A stretch of 64,000 nt of DNA from an uncultured delta proteobacterium (GTDB lineage Bacteria; Myxococcota_A; Polyangia; Polyangiales; Polyangiaceae), in assembly GCA_963806225.1 (NCBI GenBank), contig CAWDXG010000004.1, positions 3,040,001 to 3,104,000 on the forward strand, written 5' to 3'. A program made the position numbers and the translations under genes. A model generated the notes under the pieces. The model made no database searches, was not told where the DNA came from, and saw only the letters and a list, made by a program, of their open reading frames with translations. Positions 53,034-62,533 of this stretch are shown here, piece by piece; position 1 is the first letter of the stretch, and each line of letters starts with the position of its first letter.

Positions 53034-54211
53034 TACTCGCTCCTCGCCAAGGAAAACTCCTGCTTCGCCTGCTCCACGAGCTCGGGATGCTCGACCAGCT
53101 CCACCGCGGTGCGCGCCAGCGCCTTGGCCGCGAGCAGCATGGTGCTGTACCCGCGCTCGCTCGCCGCGCACTCGGCAAAGCGATGCTGGTGGCAGATGGT
53201 CTCGCCCTCGTCGCAGATACCGAGATACGGGTGGATCGCGGGCACGGCGTGGCTCACGTCGCCCATGTCGGTGGAGCCCGCGCCCACGCGGTGATCGTGA
53301 TCCGGGATCGGGCGACCGAGCTCTTCCATCGCGCGGCTGAAACAGCGCGCGACGATCATGTTGTTGCGCAGATCGCGGTAGCCGGGACGCAGCTTGATCT
53401 CGACCTCGACGCCACAGGCGAGCGCCGCCCCGCGCGCGCAGCGCTCGACGATGGCGCGGACGCGATCGCGCTCCGCGGCGTTCTTCGCGCGAACCGAGAA
53501 CTCGGCCGACGCAAGCTCGGGGATGATGTTCACCGCCTGCCCGCCGTTGGTGACGAAGCCGTGCACGCGCACTCCGTCGCGGAAATGCACCCGCTGCGAA
53601 TCGACGAGCCGGAAGGTCTCGAGGCACGCCGTGAGCGCGCTCTGCCCGTCCCAGGGCGCGGCCGCGGCATGCGACGGCGTGCCGTGGAAGCTCATCTCGA
53701 GCCAGAGGCTGGCGAGCGACGGGTGCGCCAGGATGTCGCGATCGTAGGGATGGTACATCATCGCGACGTCGATGCCGTCGAGCGCGCCCGCTTCGATCAA
53801 CCGCACCTTGCCGGCGCCGCCTTCCTCGGCGGGTGTCCCGAGGATCTCCACCGTGCCGGGCAGGCCGCCGGCGTACCGGGCCACGGCCAGGAACGCTCCG
53901 ACCGCGCCGGCCGCGATCAGGTTGTGTCCGCACGCATGACCGATGGCGGGCAGCGCGTCGTACTCCGCCAGGATCGCGATCCGCGGCCCCTTGCCGCCGC
54001 CGACCTTTGCGCGGAACGAGGTGGGCAGGCCGCCGGTGCCGCGTTCGACTTCCACCCCGGCTGTGTCGCGCAGCATCTCCGCGATCCACGTGGACGCCTG
54101 GTGCTCCTCGTAACGGAGCTCCGGGTTTTCGTGGATGCGCGCCGCCAGAGCGGTCAGCGTGGAAGCCAGCTCGTCGACCGAACGGTCGAGGGCGGTGCGG
54201 TCGATGGGCAC
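53033..54211 (-). CDS. M20D amidohydrolase (PM20D2/AbgB-like)
   Basis: HENPEL, AEYDALP, GHACGHN, GTPAEEGG, GSTDMGDVS. Confidence 0.9.
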   Translation of the reverse strand: MPIDRTALDRSVDELASTLTALAARIHENPELRYEEHQASTWIAEMLRDTAGVEVERGTGGLPTSFRAKVGGGKGPRIAILAEYDALPAIGHACGHNLIAAGAVGAFLAVARYAGGLPGTVEILGTPAEEGGAGKVRLIEAGALDGIDVAMMYHPYDRDILAHPSLASLWLEMSFHGTPSHAAAAPWDGQSALTACLETFRLVDSQRVHFRDGVRVHGFVTNGGQAVNIIPELASAEFSVRAKNAAERDRVRAIVERCARGAALACGVEVEIKLRPGYRDLRNNMIVARCFSRAMEELGRPIPDHDHRVGAGSTDMGDVSHAVPAIHPYLGICDEGETICHQHRFAECAASERGYSTMLLAAKALARTAVELVEHPELVEQAKQEFSLARSE

Positions 54212-54243
54212 GGCGCGCAGGATAGCCCAGCTGGCCTGGACGC

Positions 54244-55518
54244 GTGAATGCCGTAGGTCGGCCGAGCGGGCGGGCGGGCGACGACGCGCCCGAGCTTGAC
54301 TCGACCGTCGACCTGGTCCTGACTCACGTCACCGTGGAAACGAACGCCCGCAGAATCGCCGCGAGCCCGCGTCTGGCATTGCTGAGCGCCGTCGCCAGCC
54401 TGTGCCTGGCCACGACCGCGTGCAACCATCCCGAGGGCCACACGGCCAGCGCGTCGGCCGCGAAGGCCCAGCCCACCCCCTCGGCCGCAGCCCCGGCCTC
54501 CGCCCCGGCCCCGGCCCCGAGCGCTTCGGCAGCTTCAGCGGCGTTCACGCCGCAGAAGCTCGACTTCCAGGACACGGCGATGGGCACGAAGGTGCACTTC
54601 GTCGCCTTCACCAATCCGAAGGCCGACGCGGAGGCCGCCAAGGCCGCGGTCAAGGCCGCCTTCCTGGAAATGGGCCGGCTGGAGAAGCTGATGAGCGCCT
54701 GGCAGAAGGACAGCGAGGTCAGCGACATCAACCAGCACACCGGGCAGTTCGTGAAGGTGAGCCCGGAGACCTACGACGTGATCAAGAAGAGCCTGTGGGC
54801 CGGCAAGATCTCCGAAGGCACGTTCGACATCACGTTCGAGGCGATGAGCGGCGTCTGGAAGTTCGGAGACGCCGCCGTGGCCCATCCCAAGCTCCCCAGC
54901 AAAGCGAAGATCGAACGGCTCAAGCAGCTCATCGACTACCGGAAGATCAAGGTCAACGACCAGGACCGGAGCGTGATGCTGCCCAAGGGCATGTCGATGA
55001 GCCTGGGCGGGATCGCCAAGGGCTACATCGTCGACAAGGCGGCGGCGGTTCTGGAAAAGCACGGCGTGACCGACTTCCTCGTCCAGGCCGGCGGCGATCT
55101 GCTGGGTCGCGGGCACAAGCCGGATGGCTCGCCCTGGGTGAGCGGCATCCGTGATCCGCGCGGACCGCAGGGGACGTACTTCGCAACGATCCAGCTCACC
55201 GACCACGCCTTCTCGACAGCCGGAGACTACGCGCGCGCCTACATCCTGAACGGCAAGCGCTACCACCACATCATCGACCCGCGGACGGGCTACCCGGCGA
55301 CGGCCTCGCGCAGCGTGACCCTGTGGGCGCCGGACGCCTTCACCGCCGATGCGGTCGACGACGCGGTGTTCATCCTGGGACCGGAAAAGGGCTTGAAGCT
55401 CGTCGACTCGATCGACGGTTGCGGCGCCGTGATCGTGGACAAGAACAACAAGGTCTACGTGAGCAAGCGGCTGAAGGACAAGGTGAAGGTCCTGCGGGCG
55501 CCCACGGACGGGATCTGA
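54244..55518 (+). CDS. apbE: FAD:protein FMN transferase lipoprotein; true start may be later (e.g. GTG 54333)
   Basis: Lipobox TTAC; AMGT, GTFDIT, LGGIAKGY, AGGD, HHIIDPRTG. Confidence 0.9.
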   Translation: MNAVGRPSGRAGDDAPELDSTVDLVLTHVTVETNARRIAASPRLALLSAVASLCLATTACNHPEGHTASASAAKAQPTPSAAAPASAPAPAPSASAASAAFTPQKLDFQDTAMGTKVHFVAFTNPKADAEAAKAAVKAAFLEMGRLEKLMSAWQKDSEVSDINQHTGQFVKVSPETYDVIKKSLWAGKISEGTFDITFEAMSGVWKFGDAAVAHPKLPSKAKIERLKQLIDYRKIKVNDQDRSVMLPKGMSMSLGGIAKGYIVDKAAAVLEKHGVTDFLVQAGGDLLGRGHKPDGSPWVSGIRDPRGPQGTYFATIQLTDHAFSTAGDYARAYILNGKRYHHIIDPRTGYPATASRSVTLWAPDAFTADAVDDAVFILGPEKGLKLVDSIDGCGAVIVDKNNKVYVSKRLKDKVKVLRAPTDGI

Positions 55519-55718
55519 ATTCCGGGAACCGGTAGGAATGAGCGGCAGGGGGCTGGCAGGACCGGAAACAGTGCCTAGATTGAGTATCCGGGTGTCATAG
55601 CCAATGCGGGCCGTGACAGGTCCTTCGGGTGGTCGGGCCGCCATCCGGTTCATCGCAGCGCGCGGTTCTGCCGCGCCATACCGCCGTGGACACGGCGGCG
55701 GCGATCTCCGGAGGAAAC

Positions 55719-56042
55719 ATGCCGCGCACCCAAACCCCCGAAACCGAGACCATTTCAGGCAAGGCTCTGTTGACCCGTCTGGCCTGGATGCTGTTCGGCA
55801 ACCTCGCTCTTCTGGCCTGTGCGGCGGTGATCGCCCGCGACGATCTGGCCCCACTGTCGCTTTTGAGCGCTCTGTTCTGGGCCATCGTAGGCGGCTTGAT
55901 CGGCCTCCGGTACGTGGACATCACCCGCTACGACGGCCAGACCTCCAAGGGCGAGCCAGCCACGCTGCGGGACTGGAAGCGCTACAGCGTCGGGCTCGCC
56001 ACGGTCTCGCTGGCGATCTGGGCGCTAGCGATCATTGTTTGA
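55719..56042 (+). CDS. Small hypothetical membrane protein (3 TM)
   Basis: GGAGG then ATG; three hydrophobic segments; RYVDI...GEPATLRDWKRY. Confidence 0.65.
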   Translation: MPRTQTPETETISGKALLTRLAWMLFGNLALLACAAVIARDDLAPLSLLSALFWAIVGGLIGLRYVDITRYDGQTSKGEPATLRDWKRYSVGLATVSLAIWALAIIV

Positions 56043-56060
56043 TTCGCTGGTGCGACGCGC

Positions 56061-56591
56061 TCACGCCTCGTCGAGCTCGGCGGAATCCGGGATCTCGTCG
56101 AGGCCAGCGCCTCCCCGCACGGGGATGGCGCGCGCCGCCGCCACCTTCTCCAGCGCGGCGCAAAGCCCGTCCTGGTCGCCGACGCGCGGCAGCTGGACGT
56201 ACGAGCCGTCCCACAATTCCAGCGCGATCAGGGACTGATCCAGGATAATGCGGTCGATCTGCGCCCAGCGGTAGCGCTTCACGCGCGGCCACCCGAAGGC
56301 GAGCACGTCGCGATACACGAGACCGTCGGGGCGCAGCCGGACGCCGCGCATGCTCGAGCGCACGAGGGCCGCCAGCGAGCTCACGATGAGCACCCCCGCC
56401 AGCGTCTGCGAGCCGATCACGCGATGGACGTCCTTTTCGACGACGTAGACGTGGATCCAGGTGTTGCTCCCGGCCATCTCGCCCGCGACGACGAACGCGA
56501 GCACGCCAATCGCCGCCAGCACGTACGCGATCGATGGCACCCAGGCCGGCCAGGGCGGACCGAAAACGGTCTCCGCCGGGCGATAGGTCAT
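56061..56591 (-). CDS. Membrane protein with a bacterial PH-like domain
   Basis: Two TM helices, then GVRLRPDGL...YRWAQIDRI. Confidence 0.6.
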   Translation of the reverse strand: MTYRPAETVFGPPWPAWVPSIAYVLAAIGVLAFVVAGEMAGSNTWIHVYVVEKDVHRVIGSQTLAGVLIVSSLAALVRSSMRGVRLRPDGLVYRDVLAFGWPRVKRYRWAQIDRIILDQSLIALELWDGSYVQLPRVGDQDGLCAALEKVAAARAIPVRGGAGLDEIPDSAELDEA

Positions 56592-56745
56592 ATCGAAGCC
56601 GGGGGGGCGCGAGGGGCGAGCCACGTTGGTTCAACCTAGTTCGGCCACGGATCCTTGGAAAGGGAACGCGGCTTGCCAACCGTCGCCGCCGAGGGTAGGC
56701 GGAGCATAGGCAGGCACCCGCGCGGCCGGAGGAGCAAACACGACA

Positions 56746-57393
56746 ATGAAATTCTTCATCGATACCGGAGACATCGGCGAGATCAAGGAAGCTGTGGCGA
56801 TGGGCGCCATCGACGGCGTGACGACGAATCCGTCTTTGCTAGCAAAAGCCGGCAAGCCCACAAGACAGGCCATCTCGGAGATCTGCGAGGTCGTCGACGG
56901 CCCGGTCTCCGCCGAGGTGCTCGCCACGACGACCGAACAGATCCTGAGCGAAGGGCGCGAGCTGTCGAAGATCCACCCGAACGTGGTGGTCAAGGTGCCG
57001 CTCATCGTCGACGGCCTCAAGGCGGTGAGGACGTTCACAAACGAGGGCATCAAGACCAACGTCACGCTCTGCTTCTCCCCGACGCAGGCGTTGCTCGCGG
57101 CCAAGGCCGGCGCCACCTACATCTCGCCCTTCATCGGTCGGCTCGACGACCTGTCCGAGGAGGGCATGAACCTCATCGAGCAGATCGTCACGATCTACGC
57201 GAACTACTCGTTCGAGACCGAGGTGCTCGTGGCCAGCGTGCGGCACCCGGTGCACGTGGTACAGGCCGCGATGATCGGCGCAGACGTGGCCACCATCCCG
57301 TTCAAGGTCATCACGCAGCTGGCCAAGCACCCGATGACCGACATCGGCCTCGCCCGCTTCCTCGAAGACGCGAAGAAGATTCCGAAGAGCTGA
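56746..57393 (+). CDS. tal: Transaldolase (short FSA/Tal family)
   Basis: [17 protein letters not shown] (Glu), VVKVP, NVTL, YISPF (Phe). The Glu/Phe pair indicates transaldolase rather than FSA. Confidence 0.88.
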   Translation: MKFFIDTGDIGEIKEAVAMGAIDGVTTNPSLLAKAGKPTRQAISEICEVVDGPVSAEVLATTTEQILSEGRELSKIHPNVVVKVPLIVDGLKAVRTFTNEGIKTNVTLCFSPTQALLAAKAGATYISPFIGRLDDLSEEGMNLIEQIVTIYANYSFETEVLVASVRHPVHVVQAAMIGADVATIPFKVITQLAKHPMTDIGLARFLEDAKKIPKS

Positions 57394-57416
57394 GGGCCGC
57401 GGAGTTGCCCAGCTAT

Positions 57417-57944
57417 GTGCGCCGGCAGGCTCCGCGCTCTGTGTCACTCGACGCGCGGAGCGTACAGCGCATGGCCGACCGGATGCTCGGAGCGCTGGGC
57501 CTCGACGACGCCGAGCTGAGCGTGCTTCTGACAGACGATGCGCGGATCCGGGAGCTGAACCGCGATCACCGTCACAAGGATCGTCCTACGGACGTGCTGG
57601 CGTTTCCGCTCGACGAAAGCGACGACGGGCATGGCCCGCGCCTGCTCGGCGACGTCGTGATTTCCCTCGACACGGCGGCACGTCAGGCGCGCGGCCGGCG
57701 CCGCGAGCTGGCCGCCGAAGTGCGCTTCCTGCTGGCCCACGGGCTCCTGCACCTGATCGGCTACGACCACGCCACGCCCCCGGAAAAGCGCGCGATGAGC
57801 GCGCTCACCCGCCGCCTGGTGGCCCGTTCGCTGGCGCGCGGAACAGAAAAATCGCCCCTCCTGACGCCGGCGCGCACGCGCAAGCCGGCAGGCCGGCCGC
57901 GCCTCGCCCGCGTCCCTCGACGAAGCCCGGGAAAACACGCCTGA
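57417..57944 (+). CDS. ybeY: rRNA maturation endoribonuclease YbeY; start may instead be 57471
   Basis: RELNRDHR...PTDVLAFP, LGDVVIS, HGLLHLIGYDH. Confidence 0.9.
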   Translation: MRRQAPRSVSLDARSVQRMADRMLGALGLDDAELSVLLTDDARIRELNRDHRHKDRPTDVLAFPLDESDDGHGPRLLGDVVISLDTAARQARGRRRELAAEVRFLLAHGLLHLIGYDHATPPEKRAMSALTRRLVARSLARGTEKSPLLTPARTRKPAGRPRLARVPRRSPGKHA

Positions 57945-58147
57945 AGCCTCGCGCAAGGCATGCGACGTGGCGTCCAAGTTCGCGCTCTCACACGTGAACT
58001 GGTCCATCTGCGTCCTGCAGGGCGGAGCCGCGGGATGTGTCAGGAAGCAGCTCACGGTGGCCCGGTTTTCCTGCTCTGCGCGGCCCCGCGAGCTCCCGTC
58101 CAGCGGAAAAAATGCTTGATCGAGCGACGAGGGCGCCTTTTTTCTGC

Positions 58148-58176
58148 TTGAACGGCCCAAAGTCCCCTGTTATCCG
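58148..58176 (+). promoter_or_regulatory. Sigma70-type promoter for the HU gene
   Basis: TTGAAC, 17-nt spacer, TATCCG with an extended TG; T-tract just upstream. Confidence 0.5.
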
Positions 58177-58278
58177 TCGCGTGCCTTGGACGGCTCCCCG
58201 GCGATCGACTGATCGCCTGGCTGCCCAGAGGGCGGGAGAGACGGCGTCAAAAGCAGGTTTTCGCACAGGAGGAAGCGC

Positions 58279-58590
58279 ATGGCAGGCAAGAGGCTGACGA
58301 AGGCTCAGGTTATTACCGAGCTCGCCAACGCAACGGATCTGGACAAGAAGAGTGTCAATCGCGTGTTCGAGTCGCTGCAGGAGGTCATCCGCAAGCAGCT
58401 CTCGGCGCGTGGCCCCGGCGAGTTCGTGGTGCCGGGTCTTGTGAAGCTCCGCGTGGTCAAGAAGCCCGCGACCAAGGAGCGTCAGGGCATCAATCCGTTC
58501 ACCAAGGAGCCGATCACGATCCCGGCCAAGCCCGCGAGCAAAAAGGTCCGCGCGACCGCGCTCAAGGCGCTCAAGGATCTGGTCCAGTAG
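58279..58590 (+). CDS. hup: HU-family DNA-binding protein
   Basis: AGGAGG; LTKAQVITELA, GINPFTKEPITIPAK, KALKD. Confidence 0.9.
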   Translation: MAGKRLTKAQVITELANATDLDKKSVNRVFESLQEVIRKQLSARGPGEFVVPGLVKLRVVKKPATKERQGINPFTKEPITIPAKPASKKVRATALKALKDLVQ

Positions 58591-60145
58591 TCTCGTTTCG
58601 TCGCTTCGCCCGCGCGCGCAGCCCAGCTGCCAACGTGAGGGCGAACAGAAAGACGAGCAGCGGTATGTCCCCGGCCTTCGTATAGAGGGTCGGGGACATC
58701 TCGTTCAGGGTAGGAGAAACGAGCATCACGCTCTGTTGATCGGTGCTGCCGCGGCGGCGCACCGCGCCGGTCGCGTCGATCCAGGCGGGGATCCCGAGGT
58801 TGACGGCGCGGACGAGATCGAGCCGCGACTCGACGGCCCTCAGCGCCGACAGTCTGAGGTGCAGCTCCGGCTCGGCGGTCGGGCCAAACCAGGCGTCGTT
58901 GGTGATGTTGACGAGCAGGTTCGGGCGCGCGCGCGCCACGCGGCGCCCCACGCCGGCGAGCGTGTCCTCGTAGCAGATGAGCACGCCCATGCGCGCAGCA
59001 CCGCTCCTCTGCAAGTCGACCGCGTCGCCCGGGATGAGCCCACCAGAGCGGAAGAAGATGCGGCGCAGCCACGGCATGTACTGGCCGAAGGGAATCGTCT
59101 CGCCGAACCAGAGGAGCGCCATCTTCGCCTGCGGCAGCTCCATGATCCCGTTGCGATCGACAACGGCGGCGGAGTTGTACTCGCCGAACGTGTGCGCGGG
59201 CTGCGTGATGAGCCCGACCAGCACCGGCCCCTTCACGGGTCCGCCGATGATGCCGCGGCTGCCGCGCGGGGTGCGGGTCTGCGCGTAGCGCAGCACGAAG
59301 GGATAGGCGGCCTCGGGCCAGACGGTCAGCTCGGCCCCACGCTGCTCGGCTTCGGCCGTCAGGCGCTTCAGCCGGGCGACGATCTCGTCCTGTGCGGACA
59401 GCTTCCAGCGCAGCCGCGCGCCCACGGCACCCTGCACCACACCCAGCTTGATCTTCGGCTGCCGCGCCATGCGGGCGCGCACCTCGGGCATCCTCACGGC
59501 ACCGTAGGCGCCAAGGACGAGCAGCAGCCCGACCCCGAGCCCCGCCGACAGCCAGCCGCGATTGCGGGGCACACCGCTGCCCCACGGCAGGAAGCGGAGC
59601 AGAGGCGCGGCGAAGCACGCCGCAGCAAGAGCGAGCACGAAGGAGACCCCACGCCCGCCGATGAGCTCGGCGAGCTGCACGAACACCGGCCACGGCGAGA
59701 TCAGCCCGGCGGGCGTCCAGCCGAACACGGTCGGGATCATGATCGCGAGCAGGGCTCCGGCGCCGAAGCCCACGCGCGCGTCGAGCCTGGCAGAGCGCTC
59801 GAGCAGCTCGGCCAGGGCCATGCCCAGGGCCCAGGACAGTGCCTGGAACGCCGACAGCAGGACCAGCGCCAGCGCGCCACCGGCGTAGCCGACCGGCGTG
59901 AAGCGGTCGATCACCACCGGCACGAAACGCATGCCGACGAGACCTGCCGAGGTCGCCCACACCCAACCCAGCAGGGCCGCGCGCTTCACGCTCCGGGCTT
60001 CGCGTGCGGCCAGGAACAGCATCCCCATTCCGAGCAGCACCGCCGGGTACAGGTTCGTGGGCGGCGAGGCGAGCGCGAAGCACACTCCGCCCACGGCTGC
60101 GAGCAGCAGGGCGCGACGGTCGGAGCGGAGCTTTCGGTCGGACAG
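58571..60145 (-). CDS. lnt: Apolipoprotein N-acyltransferase; start uncertain (CTG 60145 or GTG 60094)
   Basis: Multiple TM helices; VWPEAA, YNSA, K...FGE, LICYED, NITNDAWF, RAVE, RAVN. Confidence 0.9.
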   Translation of the reverse strand: MSDRKLRSDRRALLLAAVGGVCFALASPPTNLYPAVLLGMGMLFLAAREARSVKRAALLGWVWATSAGLVGMRFVPVVIDRFTPVGYAGGALALVLLSAFQALSWALGMALAELLERSARLDARVGFGAGALLAIMIPTVFGWTPAGLISPWPVFVQLAELIGGRGVSFVLALAAACFAAPLLRFLPWGSGVPRNRGWLSAGLGVGLLLVLGAYGAVRMPEVRARMARQPKIKLGVVQGAVGARLRWKLSAQDEIVARLKRLTAEAEQRGAELTVWPEAAYPFVLRYAQTRTPRGSRGIIGGPVKGPVLVGLITQPAHTFGEYNSAAVVDRNGIMELPQAKMALLWFGETIPFGQYMPWLRRIFFRSGGLIPGDAVDLQRSGAARMGVLICYEDTLAGVGRRVARARPNLLVNITNDAWFGPTAEPELHLRLSALRAVESRLDLVRAVNLGIPAWIDATGAVRRRGSTDQQSVMLVSPTLNEMSPTLYTKAGDIPLLVFLFALTLAAGLRARAKRRNETTGPDP

Positions 60146-60167
60146 GGTGCGGGAGGATAGCGCGGCT

Positions 60168-61065
60168 TTACCAATAGAAGGTGATGCCGCCGCGCAGCAG
60201 GCCGCCGCCGGAGGTGTTCGTCGTGCGACCGGTGTCGGGATCGGTGAACTCTGGCTGCGTGCGCGCCAGGTCGTCGGTGCGTCCCCGGATGAAGCCGAGC
60301 GCGTCGACGTTGAGCGACACGACGTGGGTCAGACGGAACTCTAGCCCGATGCCGAGCTGGCCGCCGAAATAGCGGTAGTCGTACTTCGTGTCGACGAGCT
60401 CCGTGTTGCCCGTGGCCGACACCTGCGACTGGCTCTGCGTGACCTTCGCGGCGCTGAAGCCGATGCCGCCGATGGTGTAGACCTGCACCGCGTTCTTCGG
60501 GTTGAAGTACACGATGCCGTTCAACATGAACGAGTCCTCGTTTCGCTTGTTGCCGGTCCAGTCCGTTCCGCCGAAGACGTCGACCCCGGCATCCAGAGCG
60601 AAGTTCGGCACCGGGCGGTAGCGGAGGCTGAAGCCGAGACCGGCCATGCCGGAGTTCCGGCTCTGCTGCTTGCTGCTGCCCATGCCGACGCCTTCCAGGC
60701 GCAGGTTGATGCCCCATGCGCGACGATGCCGCCGCCGGGGCGGCTTGGGCACGTCCTCGGGGCGATCGACGACGATCACGCGACGCCCCTCCTTGTCGGG
60801 CGGATACACCTTCACCGACGGCGCCTTCCGGGGCGCCTCGCCTTCTTCCGGCCCGGAGGACTCGATCCCCGTTCTGGTCCTGGTCGGCAGCCGGAGCCTG
60901 GTCATCCCCCTCCTCCGCGTTGGTGTTCGCACTGCCCGAATCGTCGCAGAACCACGACCCCGGCGGACAGTCACCCTGCTGCCCCTGATCCTGGTCCTGG
61001 GCAAACGCAATAGAGGGGAGAATCAACAGCACTGCGCTGGTGAGCAGAGCAAAGCTGGTCCGCAT
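60168..61065 (-). CDS. Outer-membrane beta-barrel protein; frameshift near 60895
   Basis: Signal peptide MRTSF...AFAQ; CPPGSWFC; acidic linker; about 8 amphipathic strands; ends GITFYW. Confidence 0.7.
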
Positions 61066-61225
61066 CGGCAGGCTCCTTTCCGAAACCTCGATGGAGAGTA
61101 GCAACCTCGGTGCCACTTTCCAGCCGGGGGCAGACGGCGGGGATCCTGGCGGTTTGCGAGCTGGTCGGGTCAGGTAGCGTGGAGAAACGTTTACAGCACA
61201 GTGGCACCCGGAATACTCGAAGGGT

Positions 61226-62419
61226 GTGGCTATCGTGACCCTCAAGGCCGGACACGTGCAGCCCGTCTGGGCAGGACACCCCTGGGTGTATGCCCAGGCG
61301 GTCGAGCGCATCGAGGGAGGCGCCGCCGCGGGCGACGAGGTGGAAGTCGTCGACGCGCGAGGAAACCGGCTCGGACGCGGGCTGTACTCGCCCGGGTCGG
61401 CCATTCCAGTGCGCCTGTACACTCGGGGCGACAAGGCGCGCAACATCGACGGTGCTTTGCTGGCCGAGCGCATCCAGCGCGCCGTCCTGCGACGGGAAGC
61501 GCTGGGCTTGCCCTCGGCGAGCACCGACGCCTATCGCGTCGTACACGCCGAGGGTGACGACCTGCCCGGGCTCGTCGTCGATCGCTTCAACGACGTGTTG
61601 GCGGTGCAGATCGCCACGATCGGGGTCAAACGCCGCGAGGGCATGCTGCTCGACGCTCTGTCACACCACATGAAGCCACGCGCCATCATCGACCGGAGCT
61701 CCGCGCGCCTGGCGAAGCACGAGGGCTTCGAGGCGGGCCGCGGCGTGGTGCGCGGCGATACGGAGCTCACGGAGCTGGAATTCGCCGAGCGCGGGCTCGT
61801 CTACCGGGTACCGCTGGAGCTGGGGCAGAAGACCGGCTTCTACGTCGATCAGCGGCCGCTGCGCGACCGCATCGAACAGCTCGCAGCGGGTCGCCGCGTA
61901 CTGGACGCGTTCTGCTACGTCGGCGCCATCGCGCTGGCCGCGGCGCGCGGCGGCGCTCGCGAGGTCGAAGCAGTCGACACGAACGCGCTCGCGATCGAGG
62001 TGGCCGCCGAGTGCGCGGCGCAGAACGGCCTGTCCGGACGTATCCGCTTCGAGCGCGAGGACGCGCACGACACGCTCGCGCACGCCGGACGCAAGGGCGG
62101 CTACGATCTGGTCGTCTGCGATCCGCCGAAGCTCGCGCCCAGCCGTTCCACCAGGAAGCGCGCGCTGGCATCGATGCGACGGCTGTCGGCGGCGGGCTGC
62201 CGCGCGACGCGGATTGGCGGACTGCTTGCGATCTGTTCCTGCTCGGCCGCCATCGGCATGGACGAGCTCACGCGCGCGGTCGCTCTGGGCGGCCGCGACG
62301 TAGGCTTGAGGCCCGTCATTCTGGAACGCCTGTTCCAGGGCCCCGATCATCCTGTGCCGGCAGCGTTTCCCGAAGGGCTGTATCTGAGCACCCTGATCGT
62401 GGAAGTGACCGCGCTGTGA
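61226..62419 (+). CDS. rlmI: RlmI-like SAM-dependent rRNA methyltransferase (PUA + MTase)
   Basis: GHPWVY, EGDDLPGLVVD, GQKTGFYVDQR, VLDAFCYVG, VVCDPP. Confidence 0.82.
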   Translation: MAIVTLKAGHVQPVWAGHPWVYAQAVERIEGGAAAGDEVEVVDARGNRLGRGLYSPGSAIPVRLYTRGDKARNIDGALLAERIQRAVLRREALGLPSASTDAYRVVHAEGDDLPGLVVDRFNDVLAVQIATIGVKRREGMLLDALSHHMKPRAIIDRSSARLAKHEGFEAGRGVVRGDTELTELEFAERGLVYRVPLELGQKTGFYVDQRPLRDRIEQLAAGRRVLDAFCYVGAIALAAARGGAREVEAVDTNALAIEVAAECAAQNGLSGRIRFEREDAHDTLAHAGRKGGYDLVVCDPPKLAPSRSTRKRALASMRRLSAAGCRATRIGGLLAICSCSAAIGMDELTRAVALGGRDVGLRPVILERLFQGPDHPVPAAFPEGLYLSTLIVEVTAL

Positions 62420-62533
62420 GCACGGTGAAAATCAGCCGACTCCAATAGCCGGCGCAATTGACTATTCATCGCCAAGCCGGTCGCGTGCTACTCATGGAAG
62501 CGCGCTCGCTTCTGCACGGGAGGACAGGTATCT

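Noticed and set aside
58036..58052. SRP (4.5S) RNA, because of GTCAGGAAGCAGC
   Set aside because: It lacks the stem with the GNRA tetraloop that must lie between CAGG and AGCAG.
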